DNA of 64,000 nucleotides from Candidatus Thorarchaeota archaeon (GCA_048884965.1 JBHLQH010000019.1:314-64313), one strand, 5' to 3'; numbered from the stretch's first letter, positions 46,838 through 56,569 are shown. The notes: generated by a model not told the origin, from the sequence alone. Numbers and translations: made by a program.

Positions 46838-48394
46838 ATGCCAGATCTAGTGGTTGTTATTGACTATGGAGGACAATACACGCATCTCATTGCACGTAGA
46901 TGCAGAGAATTAGGAGTCTTCGCGGAAATTGTGCCGCAAGATCAACCACTTGAATTTGGCAACTCCTCAGATATCAAGGGCGTCATAATGTCGGGAGGAC
47001 CTCGAACCGCAGGGGCGAGCGACCTTGATTTCCCCTTTGATCAGAATCTGGCTTCGCTAAAAGAATATGGCATTCCTGTCTTGGGGATTTGCTTCGGACA
47101 TCAGCTCCTAGCGATCGCAAGTGGAGCGAAACTTGCGGCAGGTGGAAATCCGGAATACGGTAGTACGATTATATCAATCAAGGATAGCTATTCGATCTTG
47201 AGAGGACTCAGCAATGGACAGAGAGTCTGGATGTCACACAGTGACCAGGTAACGAGTCTACCTTCGTCCATAGCAATTCTTGCTACTACTGGAGATGGGC
47301 ATGTCGCTGCTTTTGAGGACCAAGAAAGCAAACGGTTTGGAGTACAATTTCATCCTGAAGTATTTCACACACCAAATGGGATGTCAGTTCTGGATTCCTT
47401 CTTAAGAGATGTCTGTGGATTCACGGAGCAGTGGACACCAGAGAGCCTTATTGATGACATCATCGAATCCATACGCGTCCAAGTAGGCAATGGACGAGTG
47501 CTGATGGGAACAAGCGGAGGAGTCGACTCGACGGTAGCTGCTTTCTTAATCAAAGAAGCGATTGGAGACCGACTTTATTGTGTATTCGTCGACAACGGCC
47601 TTCTACGGGCGGGAGAAGTAGAGGAAGTTACCAAAGCATTCAAAGAGATGGGATTCGAACACTTCGAAGTTGCTGATGCTGGAAAGGAATTCCTCAACGG
47701 ACTGACAGGTATAGAAGATCCAGAGGAGAAAAGGAGAATCATAGCTGATACATTCATTCGTGTTTTTGAGAGAAGAGCAAAAGCTCTTCAGAAAGAGTAC
47801 GGAGAGTTCGATTTCCTTGGGCAAGGTACTATCTACCCGGATAGAGTTGAGAGTGCAGCGACGGGAAAAGCCACAGCAGTGATAAAGAGTCACCATAATG
47901 TAAGATTACCTGAATGGATGAAGCTGAAACTTGTTGAACCACTAAAAGACCTGTACAAGGATGAAGTTCGACAAGTGGGTCTGAAGATGAATATCCCTCC
48001 CAGAATGATCCACAGACAACCATTTCCTGGACCATCTCTTGCTATTCGCATTGGAGGGCCAGTAAATGAGGAACAACTGTCCTTACTGCGGCATGCGGAT
48101 ACCATACTACAAGAGGAATTGGCGAAAGATCCAATCTACCCTTCGGTATGGCAGTCGTTCTGTGTTCTCTTACCAGTGAAGTCAGTTGGGGTGATGGGAG
48201 ACGAAAGGACATATGACCAAGCAGTAGTAATCCGGATTGTAGAAAGTCTCGATGCGATGACAGCATCAGTTTCAAGACCATCATGGGACATTCTTTTAGA
48301 TATCGCATCTAGAATAGCCAACGAAGTAAAGGGAATCAATAGAGTTGTCTATGACTTAACAACGAAACCACCAAGCACAATTGAGTGGTATTAG
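46838..48394 (+). CDS. guaA: GMP synthase (glutamine-hydrolysing), single-polypeptide form
   Basis: ATG 46838 is preceded by GGAGG at 7 nt (the ORF track starts at 46811). Motifs: ICFGHQLL (GATase Cys), QFHPEV, SGGVDSTV (PP-loop), C-terminal IEWY. Confidence 0.9.
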   Translation: MPDLVVVIDYGGQYTHLIARRCRELGVFAEIVPQDQPLEFGNSSDIKGVIMSGGPRTAGASDLDFPFDQNLASLKEYGIPVLGICFGHQLLAIASGAKLAAGGNPEYGSTIISIKDSYSILRGLSNGQRVWMSHSDQVTSLPSSIAILATTGDGHVAAFEDQESKRFGVQFHPEVFHTPNGMSVLDSFLRDVCGFTEQWTPESLIDDIIESIRVQVGNGRVLMGTSGGVDSTVAAFLIKEAIGDRLYCVFVDNGLLRAGEVEEVTKAFKEMGFEHFEVADAGKEFLNGLTGIEDPEEKRRIIADTFIRVFERRAKALQKEYGEFDFLGQGTIYPDRVESAATGKATAVIKSHHNVRLPEWMKLKLVEPLKDLYKDEVRQVGLKMNIPPRMIHRQPFPGPSLAIRIGGPVNEEQLSLLRHADTILQEELAKDPIYPSVWQSFCVLLPVKSVGVMGDERTYDQAVVIRIVESLDAMTASVSRPSWDILLDIASRIANEVKGINRVVYDLTTKPPSTIEWY

Positions 48395-48396
48395 GT

Positions 48397-48756
48397 TCAT
48401 TTCGGGGGCAATGATTTCACAAAGGCTATCGACTCATTGATGAGCGATTTCATAGTATCTTCATCAGAATAGATGGATTCAGGGATAGTAACATACTCTC
48501 TCATTGCGCGTCCTTTCAATGGTTGAAATTGTTCAACCTCATCATTATATCTCATTAGATCTTTCTGTTTCTCTGCAGGTAGTCTGATGAAAACGTCATC
48601 TTGGAAGACTCCTGCAAACATCTGCCCATCATAGAAGAGGGCATATTGACCGAACATCTTTCTCCTTTCGAAAGGAATGTGGTCGACCAGTTCCTCAAGC
48701 ATGATGAGAAGTTCCTCCGAAGGCTTATTCCAACCCATCTTCATCAAATTCCACAC
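48397..48756 (-). CDS. TfoX N-terminal-domain-like protein
   Basis: 119 aa. RKMFGQYALFYDGQMFAGVFQDDVFIRLP resembles the TfoX_N pattern. Confidence 0.5.
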   Translation of the reverse strand: MWNLMKMGWNKPSEELLIMLEELVDHIPFERRKMFGQYALFYDGQMFAGVFQDDVFIRLPAEKQKDLMRYNDEVEQFQPLKGRAMREYVTIPESIYSDEDTMKSLINESIAFVKSLPPK

Positions 48757-48805
48757 TATTCCCCAAGAATAAATAAGGTTGTCACTTAGATATCGAGCTC
48801 TGAAA

Positions 48806-49954
48806 ATGAGAGGAAAATTGATCTATCCCTATACAGATGCCTTGCGGAATTATGAGTTCAAACCAGAGCATCCTCTCAAGCCGGATAGGCTCATGCTCAC
48901 GTATCTCCTATCAAAACAGCTTGGACTTTTGGATAAGGTCAGGGTCATTGAGCCCTCAATCGCAAAACGTGAGGACTTAGAGATGTTCCATTCCTCTGAA
49001 TTCATTGATGCTGTGATACGATGTGGAGAGACCTCATGTGTGGACTATAGGCACGGACTTGGGACACCTGACAATCCGGTCTTTCCAAATATCTACGAAG
49101 CTGCTGCGCGTTACGTGGGAGCAACCTTAGATGGGATGGATGAAATCATCAAAGGAGCATCCAATGCATTTGTCATCTCCGGAGGGTTGCACCATGCTCA
49201 GAGAACAGAGGCATCGGGATTCTGTATCTTTAATGATATCGTTCTCGCGATCATGAAACTACAGAAGAAGAAAGATTGCAGGGTCATGTATGTCGATATT
49301 GATGCTCATCACGGGGATGGTGTACAAAATGCCTTCTATCGATCCAAGGATGTCCTAACAATTTCAACTCATCAGAATGGCAAAAACTTCTTCCCAGGCA
49401 CAGGATTCGTGTACGAGTCGGGAGGCGGCGATGCGATTGGGTACTCAGTTAATGTACCTCTCTCCGCGGGGTCTTCCTCCGAAGAATTGATTTCAGTTCT
49501 GGATGAGATCATAGTGCCGTTAATGGAATCCTACAAGCCCGATCTTCTCGTCAGCCAACTTGGTGTAGACGCGCATTTTCTTGATCCTCTAGCACATTTA
49601 GCATTTTCATCCTATGGATATGAAATGGTTGTGAAGAAGCTTAGAGATCTCTCATCAGACATCTGCAAGATAGGCTGGCTTGCAGTTGGTGGTGGAGGAT
49701 ATCACCCAGTCAATGTAGCGAGATTATGGACACTCTTCCTTGCAATCATGCTGGATGAAAAAGTTCCACAGAATCTTCCTGAGGAATTTATGGAGCATTG
49801 CAGGGAACTGGGATATACTCATTTTCCAGAAGGAATACGAGATGAGGCAGAAGTCGTACAACAATATTATCCCCGTTCGGTTGTAAAACTAGATCTTGAA
49901 AGAACGATTCGCCGAGTAAAGGAAACTATATTCCCATATCACGGCCTGTTCTAG
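48806..49954 (+). CDS. Histone deacetylase / AcuC-family Zn-dependent deacetylase
   Basis: Motifs: HPLKPDRL, SGGLHHAQRTEASGFCIFND, VDIDAHHGDGVQ, GGGGYH. The ORF track starts at TTG 48779, and ATG 48806 is in frame. Confidence 0.85.
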   Translation: MRGKLIYPYTDALRNYEFKPEHPLKPDRLMLTYLLSKQLGLLDKVRVIEPSIAKREDLEMFHSSEFIDAVIRCGETSCVDYRHGLGTPDNPVFPNIYEAAARYVGATLDGMDEIIKGASNAFVISGGLHHAQRTEASGFCIFNDIVLAIMKLQKKKDCRVMYVDIDAHHGDGVQNAFYRSKDVLTISTHQNGKNFFPGTGFVYESGGGDAIGYSVNVPLSAGSSSEELISVLDEIIVPLMESYKPDLLVSQLGVDAHFLDPLAHLAFSSYGYEMVVKKLRDLSSDICKIGWLAVGGGGYHPVNVARLWTLFLAIMLDEKVPQNLPEEFMEHCRELGYTHFPEGIRDEAEVVQQYYPRSVVKLDLERTIRRVKETIFPYHGLF

Positions 49955-49959
49955 CATAA

Positions 49960-50589
49960 TCAATCATCCGCGTTAGCAAGCTGTACATCTATCCAACGTC
50001 TTACTATCTTTGTTACAAGATCAGATGCGGAAACCAAGATGATGGCATCAGCGTCCTCTGATAGCAATGAGGAGGGATCAACTCCAGAGCGTGCTATTCT
50101 AAGGAGCGGTGTATAGCATAGTAGACCCAATGCCTCAATGATATTCCCTGAATCATTCCCGGCTATCCCGTACCCTTGACCAAGCTCCTCAATTGGATCG
50201 ACATCACTATCAGCATCAAAGAGGTTCATCAGTAATCGTTCAGTCCCAGAAATGATGACGTCTGGTTCCACACAATCCTCGAAAATATAGGCCTCACTTG
50301 AATCAAATACAAGAGAATGAGTAGCCTCAATGTCATTGGCCTGGAAGCATATGGTCAAGTCTAAGAACGATTGTTCAGTGGTATCCATGAACGCCTCGAA
50401 TTCTGCCTCTGAGATCTGATGAAGTTCTCGTGCCTTCTCGATGCTCAATGATAATGCGGCTCTTGAACCATCTACAATGGGACCCAAATACTCCATAATC
50501 ATGAACTGGTCATGATTCAAATCACGAGCAACGGCTTTCAATGTGGATAGAAGAGTCTTCCTCTCTTTTTTCTCGGCCAAAGGAATCAA
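49960..50589 (-). CDS. Acidic hypothetical protein (possibly SCP2-like; weak)
   Basis: 209-aa ORF with protein-like composition. VIISGTERLLMNLFDADSDVDPIEEL..IAGND..IIEALGLL is only vaguely SCP2-like. Confidence 0.5.
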   Translation of the reverse strand: MIPLAEKKERKTLLSTLKAVARDLNHDQFMIMEYLGPIVDGSRAALSLSIEKARELHQISEAEFEAFMDTTEQSFLDLTICFQANDIEATHSLVFDSSEAYIFEDCVEPDVIISGTERLLMNLFDADSDVDPIEELGQGYGIAGNDSGNIIEALGLLCYTPLLRIARSGVDPSSLLSEDADAIILVSASDLVTKIVRRWIDVQLANADD

Positions 50590-50681
50590 CTGCTGCTCTT
50601 ACTGAATACATATAGAGATGTTGCTATCGCCACAGCAAAGAAAGAAAAGTATCCTCGTTCACAGGATATCTGGTAATCTTC

Positions 50682-51437
50682 ATGACGACGGACATTCATA
50701 CACAACTTGGTCTCAATAGAATGGCAGTGCATGAAGTAGACGAGAAAGATCTCGCAGAGCAGGTCGATCTCCTAATTGATCAAATGAATACCTTTGGCAT
50801 CAAACGTGCAGTCCTGAGTCCCTCGGACCCATTTGATGGGAATAGGCTCTACAAGAAGGCTGCAGATATCTACCCGGACCAGCTTCATTTCGCATGCACT
50901 CTCTATCCAAGACCGATAGAGGATTCTCGTCGCACACTGAAACGATATATCGATGCAGGCTGTGTTGCCCTGATAATGGACGAGAAGCTGTATCATCCTC
51001 AAGACCCAGCAGCAGATGCTCTTGTCCAAGCTGCAGTGAAGAATGACCTTGCTATCTACTTCAGGAGTCGTGAACTCAGAGGAGCAAATCTCGGGTTCGT
51101 CGATCGTACATCATTGATTCATCCTGAAGGAAGATTCGTCGTGCTACACATGGGAGGGCTCTTCTCATTCCCAAATGTAATACCACTCATCACACGGCAA
51201 AATGTCTGGTTGGAAACCTCCTATACTCTTACTCGATTAGTCGAGTCGCCAATGAGAGTCTATCTTGATGCATTGGTTCAGGATATTGGGGTACGCAACC
51301 TAGTCTTTGGATCAGGGCATCATACAGAATATGCCCATCTGCAAGCCTCGTTGAATATGATAGATCTCAATTATGAACAGCAAAGGCTGATTACAAAGGA
51401 AAATGCTTACTTCGTCTTGGGGCTAGGTTATAGCTAG
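50682..51437 (+). CDS. Amidohydrolase-2 / TIM-barrel metal-dependent hydrolase-like protein
   Basis: TDIHTQLG lies near the N-terminus (HxQ instead of the usual HxH). VVLHMGG, VFGSGHH and ITKENAYFVLGL match the layout of the family. Confidence 0.55.
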   Translation: MTTDIHTQLGLNRMAVHEVDEKDLAEQVDLLIDQMNTFGIKRAVLSPSDPFDGNRLYKKAADIYPDQLHFACTLYPRPIEDSRRTLKRYIDAGCVALIMDEKLYHPQDPAADALVQAAVKNDLAIYFRSRELRGANLGFVDRTSLIHPEGRFVVLHMGGLFSFPNVIPLITRQNVWLETSYTLTRLVESPMRVYLDALVQDIGVRNLVFGSGHHTEYAHLQASLNMIDLNYEQQRLITKENAYFVLGLGYS

Positions 51438-51441
51438 ATAT

Positions 51442-51783
51442 CTATCTAGTCAGATATTCATTCAATGCAAGCTGAAGTGTTCGTTCATCAGGTATCCCTA
51501 TGATTTGTTGATTTCCCACAACAGTTGTAGGAAGGGCATAGATGTTCATCGTTTCCATCAACTCCTGATTGCGATCAGCAGGTAGTTCAATGATCCTGAA
51601 GTTACATCGTGGTAGTGATGTTTCTGGATCGTTCAGCATTCTATCAATCTCCCATAGACCATAGCGCGACAGTCCACTATTCGAGCTTGTAAAGACACGA
51701 ATCTCTACGATTGATTCGGTAGAGTCATCTAAGGAGGCCTCGTCAGCTGGTTGAGTTTTCGATGAGTGCTTTCTATGTGCCAT
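51442..51783 (-). CDS. Thioredoxin/glutaredoxin-fold protein lacking the CxxC cysteines
   Basis: VEIRVFTSSNSGLSRYG aligns by eye with the strand-CxxC-helix of small archaeal thioredoxin-like proteins, with SGLS in place of CxxC. YALPTTVVGNQQIIG matches the cis-Pro strand. Confidence 0.45.
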   Translation of the reverse strand: MAHRKHSSKTQPADEASLDDSTESIVEIRVFTSSNSGLSRYGLWEIDRMLNDPETSLPRCNFRIIELPADRNQELMETMNIYALPTTVVGNQQIIGIPDERTLQLALNEYLTR

Positions 51784-51809
51784 TCAACAGACCTCCTTGA
51801 GAGTTTCCT

Positions 51810-52097
51810 TTATTCTGCAAAAGTGGGCGGTTTCAACCTGATTTCTTCTGTGACTGAATCTATTGCCTTGATCGGTATAGCTTCCCATGTGCTGTTTAGG
51901 GTCTGACTCCTGTTTCGTTCAACGATAACCATTGGACCATTGGCATCATCGACCCAGAGCTTCTTTACGCGACCAATCGGAAATCCCCTGAAATCGGTAA
52001 CCACTTTATTCTTCAACAACCAGTTCATTCGTTCGTCTGTCATGTCTGCTCGTTGACAATTGAGGTGTAACCACTCAAGAGGATGTGTACAACCCAC
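51810..52097 (-). CDS. PRC-barrel-like small protein (start uncertain: GTG 52097 or ATG 52043)
   Basis: LLKNKVVTDFRGFPIGRVKKLWVDDANGPMVIVERN resembles the PRC-barrel pattern. Confidence 0.45.
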   Translation of the reverse strand: MGCTHPLEWLHLNCQRADMTDERMNWLLKNKVVTDFRGFPIGRVKKLWVDDANGPMVIVERNRSQTLNSTWEAIPIKAIDSVTEEIRLKPPTFAE

Positions 52098-52119
52098 ATC
52101 AATCTCTATGTAACACTCA

Positions 52120-52650
52120 CTAGGGTATCAGGAAGTGCATGTTTGGCAACACGATCAGTAGACCCATCAACAGGGGGAACATATACCAGACAATATAGTT
52201 TCCAGGAGGTGCTGTAAAGCGATTCACCTTTTGTGGAACGAAACGGAAATACCCGTTTGCAACTGATTTCCAAATCCATAACGATTTCTTCTTTGAACAA
52301 TAAGGCTCGATCAATGCTAGATCAACCGATGCGCCCATGGTTCCTGCTAATACACTCGCAGATATGCCATCCAGACCAAGTAGGATACCTATCAGGAATA
52401 GTCCCTGTATGGCAAATAGCCACATGAAAGGAATCCATGAAGCTACCTTGCCAAAGAAGAAACCATTGAGCTCAGTATAATGATAGTAGCCTTGACTCGA
52501 TATGAGGTGTTCCCCAAAGGTGCCAATCATGAGAATTGATAGGACTTGGATTGATACTATCCACCCATATAGATGCCATAGGATCCCAGTTGTCAAAGCT
52601 CCGAGAGCTATGAAGGTAACTGATAGTAAAATACCATTGCGACGCGACAC
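52120..52650 (-). CDS. Integral membrane protein (about 5 TM segments)
   Basis: 176-aa hydrophobic ORF (ILLSVTFIALGALTTGILW, IQVLSILMIGTF, IPFMWLFAIQGLFLIGILLGL, NYIVWYMFPLLMGLLIVL). Confidence 0.65.
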   Translation of the reverse strand: MSRRNGILLSVTFIALGALTTGILWHLYGWIVSIQVLSILMIGTFGEHLISSQGYYHYTELNGFFFGKVASWIPFMWLFAIQGLFLIGILLGLDGISASVLAGTMGASVDLALIEPYCSKKKSLWIWKSVANGYFRFVPQKVNRFTAPPGNYIVWYMFPLLMGLLIVLPNMHFLIP

Positions 52651-52656
52651 AGATAC

Positions 52657-52977
52657 TCACCCTCTCATTTTGAAACTCTTTGCTTTAGATACTGCTTTCT
52701 TTGCCTTATCCTCAATGAATCGATAGATTTTGCTATTGCCACGCTCAATCTTGATCATCTCCCTTCCTTCAAGGCTGCTCTGAATCTGGTCGATCATTTC
52801 AAGAACTTTGGAGATAGTGCGACGGTCAGCTCCAACTCGTCGAGATAGCTCAGCGATGGTCAAGGGGATACCTTTTGCTAGCTCCTGCAGCACATCACCC
52901 AAGACATCTGAAATACCGACACGATTGCGAATAGGAAAGGACATAATGATCAAGAATGGAAGTATGAACTCATCCAT
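52657..52977 (-). CDS. Small winged-helix DNA-binding protein
   Basis: The HTH is LTIAELSRRVGADRRTISKVLEMI, followed by a wing-like IKIERGNSKIYRF. It lies 6 nt upstream of the membrane-protein gene. Confidence 0.6.
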   Translation of the reverse strand: MDEFILPFLIIMSFPIRNRVGISDVLGDVLQELAKGIPLTIAELSRRVGADRRTISKVLEMIDQIQSSLEGREMIKIERGNSKIYRFIEDKAKKAVSKAKSFKMRG

Positions 52978-53025
52978 ATATACATTATTATGTACACTTA
53001 ACTATGTCGTCATAATTATGGAAAT

Positions 53026-53655
53026 CTACTTAGGCCTCTGGTGTTCATCAAAGCCCCACTCAACGATGGTTTCATTTCCATCGGGAATGACCGAGCCACC
53101 AATGCAGTATCCCATTGCGCCCATGAGAAGCCCGATTATATTCATTACTCCACCTGTGACTATGTAGGTACGTGAATCGCTGGTTTGCGTGAAGGAGATG
53201 TCGACATCAGAGGCTCCGATGATGGAATCGATATAAATCGTATAATCACCGGGATCGATTGCTATGAGTCTTCGTTGTTCATAAAATGAGCCATCTGATG
53301 GACGATCAGCTAATGTCAATGTCATATTGATAATCGTCGCATCAAGGGTGACATTATTCATGATGCGAACATTGACATACACCGATCCGTTATGACCAGG
53401 AGTGACAATCACTGAAATTTCAAGCTCGGGATGATATCCAGGTCGGTCCCAAATGTCAAATGTTGCAGCATCACCAGGTAATGCGATAAACCCAGTATAG
53501 TGATAGGGAGCCATTACGACAATTGCTCCACCCAATATCAGAATGAATGCTCCTCCAAAATAGAGGAACGCTTTCTTGCTTAACCAAGGACTACCCATTG
53601 GATACCACCATGATTTTCTGAACAAGAGCGAATATAGATGTAACGAACAGGACAA
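53026..53655 (-). CDS. Membrane protein with two TM helices flanking a beta-rich ectodomain
   Basis: TM1 is FLYFGGAFILILGGAIVVMA and TM2 is GGVMNIIGLLMGAMGYCIGG. The start may be the internal Met at ~53598. Confidence 0.55.
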   Translation of the reverse strand: MSCSLHLYSLLFRKSWWYPMGSPWLSKKAFLYFGGAFILILGGAIVVMAPYHYTGFIALPGDAATFDIWDRPGYHPELEISVIVTPGHNGSVYVNVRIMNNVTLDATIINMTLTLADRPSDGSFYEQRRLIAIDPGDYTIYIDSIIGASDVDISFTQTSDSRTYIVTGGVMNIIGLLMGAMGYCIGGSVIPDGNETIVEWGFDEHQRPK

Positions 53656-53717
53656 TTGATTGCGATTATTGATGATATCGACAGAAATGTAAGGCTGAAT
53701 CTAGAAAGTAAGATATA

Positions 53718-55391
53718 ATGACAGAGTTCAGCGAGTTAGCAAGTGTTCTTGATAGCATCTCAGCAACTACGAAGCGGAAAGAGAAGACTAGGTTGATTGC
53801 AGGATTTCTAAAGGATATACATGATGATGATATTGAGATCGCTGCGCTCCTCTTAGCAGGCAGGATTTTTGCTGAAAGCGACGAACGTACGCTGAATATG
53901 TCGTGGGCCGGGATACTCGGGGCGATTCAGAAGGCCATGGAGATTGATATCAAAGAAATTGAGAAGCATTACAAAGGAGATGCCGGTGAAGCAATCGCCT
54001 CTGTATTGGAATCTACTAATATCCCAAGGCAACAAGTACTCTATGTAGAACCCTTAACGCTTGAACTAGTACAATCGACGATCAGGAGGATTGCCTTGTC
54101 AGAAGGGAAAGGGTCTAAAAGTGAAAGAGAAGCGCTCCTGTCGAATTTACTCCAGTCTGCCTCACCAAGAGAGATTAGATATCTAGTTGCGCTATTCCTT
54201 GGGGATATGCGTACAGGGGTATCTGATGCAATGCTCATCGATGGCATCTCAGAAGCATTTGATATAGAAGGAGACCTTCTCCGTCGAGCATGGAGCTTCT
54301 CTGGCGATATTGGCAAGGTAGCTCGAGTTGCTAGCTTCTCTGGAATCGAAGGAATCTCAAAGATTGAGATTCAGCTCTTTACTCCCATCAAACCAATGCT
54401 GGCAACTCCAGGAGATAGTGTTGGTGAGGTCCTTTCAGATGTATCTGAGAGATACTACTTGGAGATGAAGTATGATGGTGCAAGAGTGCAAATCCATAAG
54501 CAATACGAAGAAGTGAGAATCTACTCCCGACGTTTAATCGAAGTAACTCAAAGCTTACCTGAAATAGTGAAGATAGTGAATGAAAGGATAAAGGTAGAAA
54601 GCGTGATACTTGATGGTGAAATAATAGCAGTCAATCAAGAGGGAGTACCTGCACCATTTCAAGAAGTCATGAAACGCTTTGGAAGAACTCAAGAAATCGA
54701 GGATGCAATGGCGGAGGTCCAAATCCAGCTTTTCGTGTTTGATATTATATTGAAAGATAGTCAATGTCTTGTTGATAGTGATTATGCATGTCGAAGAGAT
54801 ATTCTTGAATCAACTGTCCCAAGTGAGCTCATAGCCCCTCGGTATACGTTCTCTTCTCTACATGAAGCTGAGGAATTCTTTGAGAGCAGCAAAGCATCAG
54901 GACACGAGGGTGTGATGATCAAGAAAGGCTCATCGAACTATATACCCGGAAAAAGAGGGAAGTATTGGTATAAGATCAAACATACCCTACCCACTTTAGA
55001 TATGGTGATTCTTGCAGCCGAATGGGGTCATGGAAGGCGTAGCAATTGGCTTTCGGACTATCACTTGGGGGTTTACGATGAAGACAGTGGTGAGTATATT
55101 ATGGTGGGCAAGACCTTCAAAGGTCTTACAGATAAGGAACTAGATACTATGACCAAGGAGCTCCAAGATATCGCATACGAATCCAAACGAGGGCTTGTGA
55201 GGGTCAGACCAGAGATTGTAGTAGAGGTGATTGTTTCTGAACTGCAAAGTAGCTCCACCTATGATGCAGGGATAGCACTGCGTTTTGCACGGATTAAGCG
55301 GATTCGACAAGATTTGAATCCCAAAGAGATCCTCACGCTGAAGCAGCTAGAGGATTTATTCAATTCTCAATTCGATTTCAAAGCTAGGTGA
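53718..55391 (+). CDS. lig: ATP-dependent DNA ligase
   Basis: Motif I is EMKYDGARVQIH (adenylated Lys). LDGEIIA, HEGVMIKK, and YWYKIK are present. The 557-aa length is typical of archaeal Lig. Confidence 0.9.
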   Translation: MTEFSELASVLDSISATTKRKEKTRLIAGFLKDIHDDDIEIAALLLAGRIFAESDERTLNMSWAGILGAIQKAMEIDIKEIEKHYKGDAGEAIASVLESTNIPRQQVLYVEPLTLELVQSTIRRIALSEGKGSKSEREALLSNLLQSASPREIRYLVALFLGDMRTGVSDAMLIDGISEAFDIEGDLLRRAWSFSGDIGKVARVASFSGIEGISKIEIQLFTPIKPMLATPGDSVGEVLSDVSERYYLEMKYDGARVQIHKQYEEVRIYSRRLIEVTQSLPEIVKIVNERIKVESVILDGEIIAVNQEGVPAPFQEVMKRFGRTQEIEDAMAEVQIQLFVFDIILKDSQCLVDSDYACRRDILESTVPSELIAPRYTFSSLHEAEEFFESSKASGHEGVMIKKGSSNYIPGKRGKYWYKIKHTLPTLDMVILAAEWGHGRRSNWLSDYHLGVYDEDSGEYIMVGKTFKGLTDKELDTMTKELQDIAYESKRGLVRVRPEIVVEVIVSELQSSSTYDAGIALRFARIKRIRQDLNPKEILTLKQLEDLFNSQFDFKAR

Positions 55392-56569
55392 ATCAAGAAT
55401 CGCACTACTTGTGTGGTTTATATATATCAAAAAGACACATGCAGTGCGCCATCACCTTTCAAGGCAAGGGGAGTCTTATGAGGAGGGCTCAAAGAAAGGA
55501 ATCCGATATATCAGCGTTGATTCCGAAGAATCACTTCGCATCAGTAGGATTATTTCGTGAAGAGCCACTGGTTAGTTGGCCATTCACCAAAGCGGTTCTC
55601 TTCACCGCATATGATGTCTTTCGATCTTCAGACTTTTGGCTCGATACTATAATCAAATCCGGAAAGACTCTCAAGGAAGGACTCGTTGATTTGGGGTTCC
55701 CAAAGGCAAACACGATGATTGCCGACACAGGCATCTTTGAACTTGAAGCAAAGAAAGCAGGAATATCCAAGGAGCTTGGGATACCAATAGATATCGACCT
55801 TTCGAACGAACAAATCTTTGAGGCATACGAATTGTCAGGGGCAGATTACTTCGTATCACCGGATGAGATAATATTAGCAACCGATACGAATACAGAAGCC
55901 AATGAAAAAATCAGAAGGATAAAGGATAACACCATCGAACTACTTGAGGTTGCTGATTCAAAAGATGTGATTGGAGTGCTGCAGGGGATCAGAAGAGAGA
56001 GGGCCGAAGACCTGTTTGATTTCTATAGAAGCCATGGAGTTGAGAAATTCGCGATTGGAGGTTTGCTCCCACTCTACTACTATGATAAGACACTCTTCAA
56101 GGATGTCCTAGTGTTCACGAGAGCTCTTACAAAAGATTACTGGCTTCATACGTTTGGTCTGCCCAGGATTAATCTACTTCCATTTTACCTTCAGGAGATT
56201 GGTATCGATAGTGTCGATACATCAATGATACTCTATCTTACTATTAGACGAAGTTATCTTGTCGATATCGAATCTAGACCAGTGAGATTAGCTGATTTCA
56301 AAGGATGCTCATGTAAAGGATGCAATATACTGTCATCTGGGCTTCAATCATACGAAGCGGACTTCTTTGTGAATCTCTATATCCACAATGTACTGGAAGC
56401 TTCGCGTATTGCCTTAGAATGCTCCAAAGGTGTTTGGCATGCAATAGCACGTCAAGATACCGTTAGCACTCATAAGGAAGAAGAGCCAACCATAAAGAGA
56501 GCGTCTAAACCATTGAAGGACTATAATGGCCAATGGGTCACTGCTGACAAACTGCTTGAGGACCGGTGA
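55388..56569 (+). CDS. tRNA-guanine-transglycosylase (TGT) superfamily protein without a PUA domain; substrate unknown (DpdA-like?)
   Basis: ADTGIFE parallels TGT TDSGGFQ. FAIGGL parallels TGT aIGGL. WLHTFGLP and GIDSVDTS parallel G(V)D(M/L)FD. The Zn motif CSCKGC (56306-56323) is followed by YIHN. The start is either GTG 55388 (overlapping the lig stop) or ATG 55478 (GGGGAG 5 nt upstream). Confidence 0.65.
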   Translation: MNQESHYLCGLYISKRHMQCAITFQGKGSLMRRAQRKESDISALIPKNHFASVGLFREEPLVSWPFTKAVLFTAYDVFRSSDFWLDTIIKSGKTLKEGLVDLGFPKANTMIADTGIFELEAKKAGISKELGIPIDIDLSNEQIFEAYELSGADYFVSPDEIILATDTNTEANEKIRRIKDNTIELLEVADSKDVIGVLQGIRRERAEDLFDFYRSHGVEKFAIGGLLPLYYYDKTLFKDVLVFTRALTKDYWLHTFGLPRINLLPFYLQEIGIDSVDTSMILYLTIRRSYLVDIESRPVRLADFKGCSCKGCNILSSGLQSYEADFFVNLYIHNVLEASRIALECSKGVWHAIARQDTVSTHKEEEPTIKRASKPLKDYNGQWVTADKLLEDR

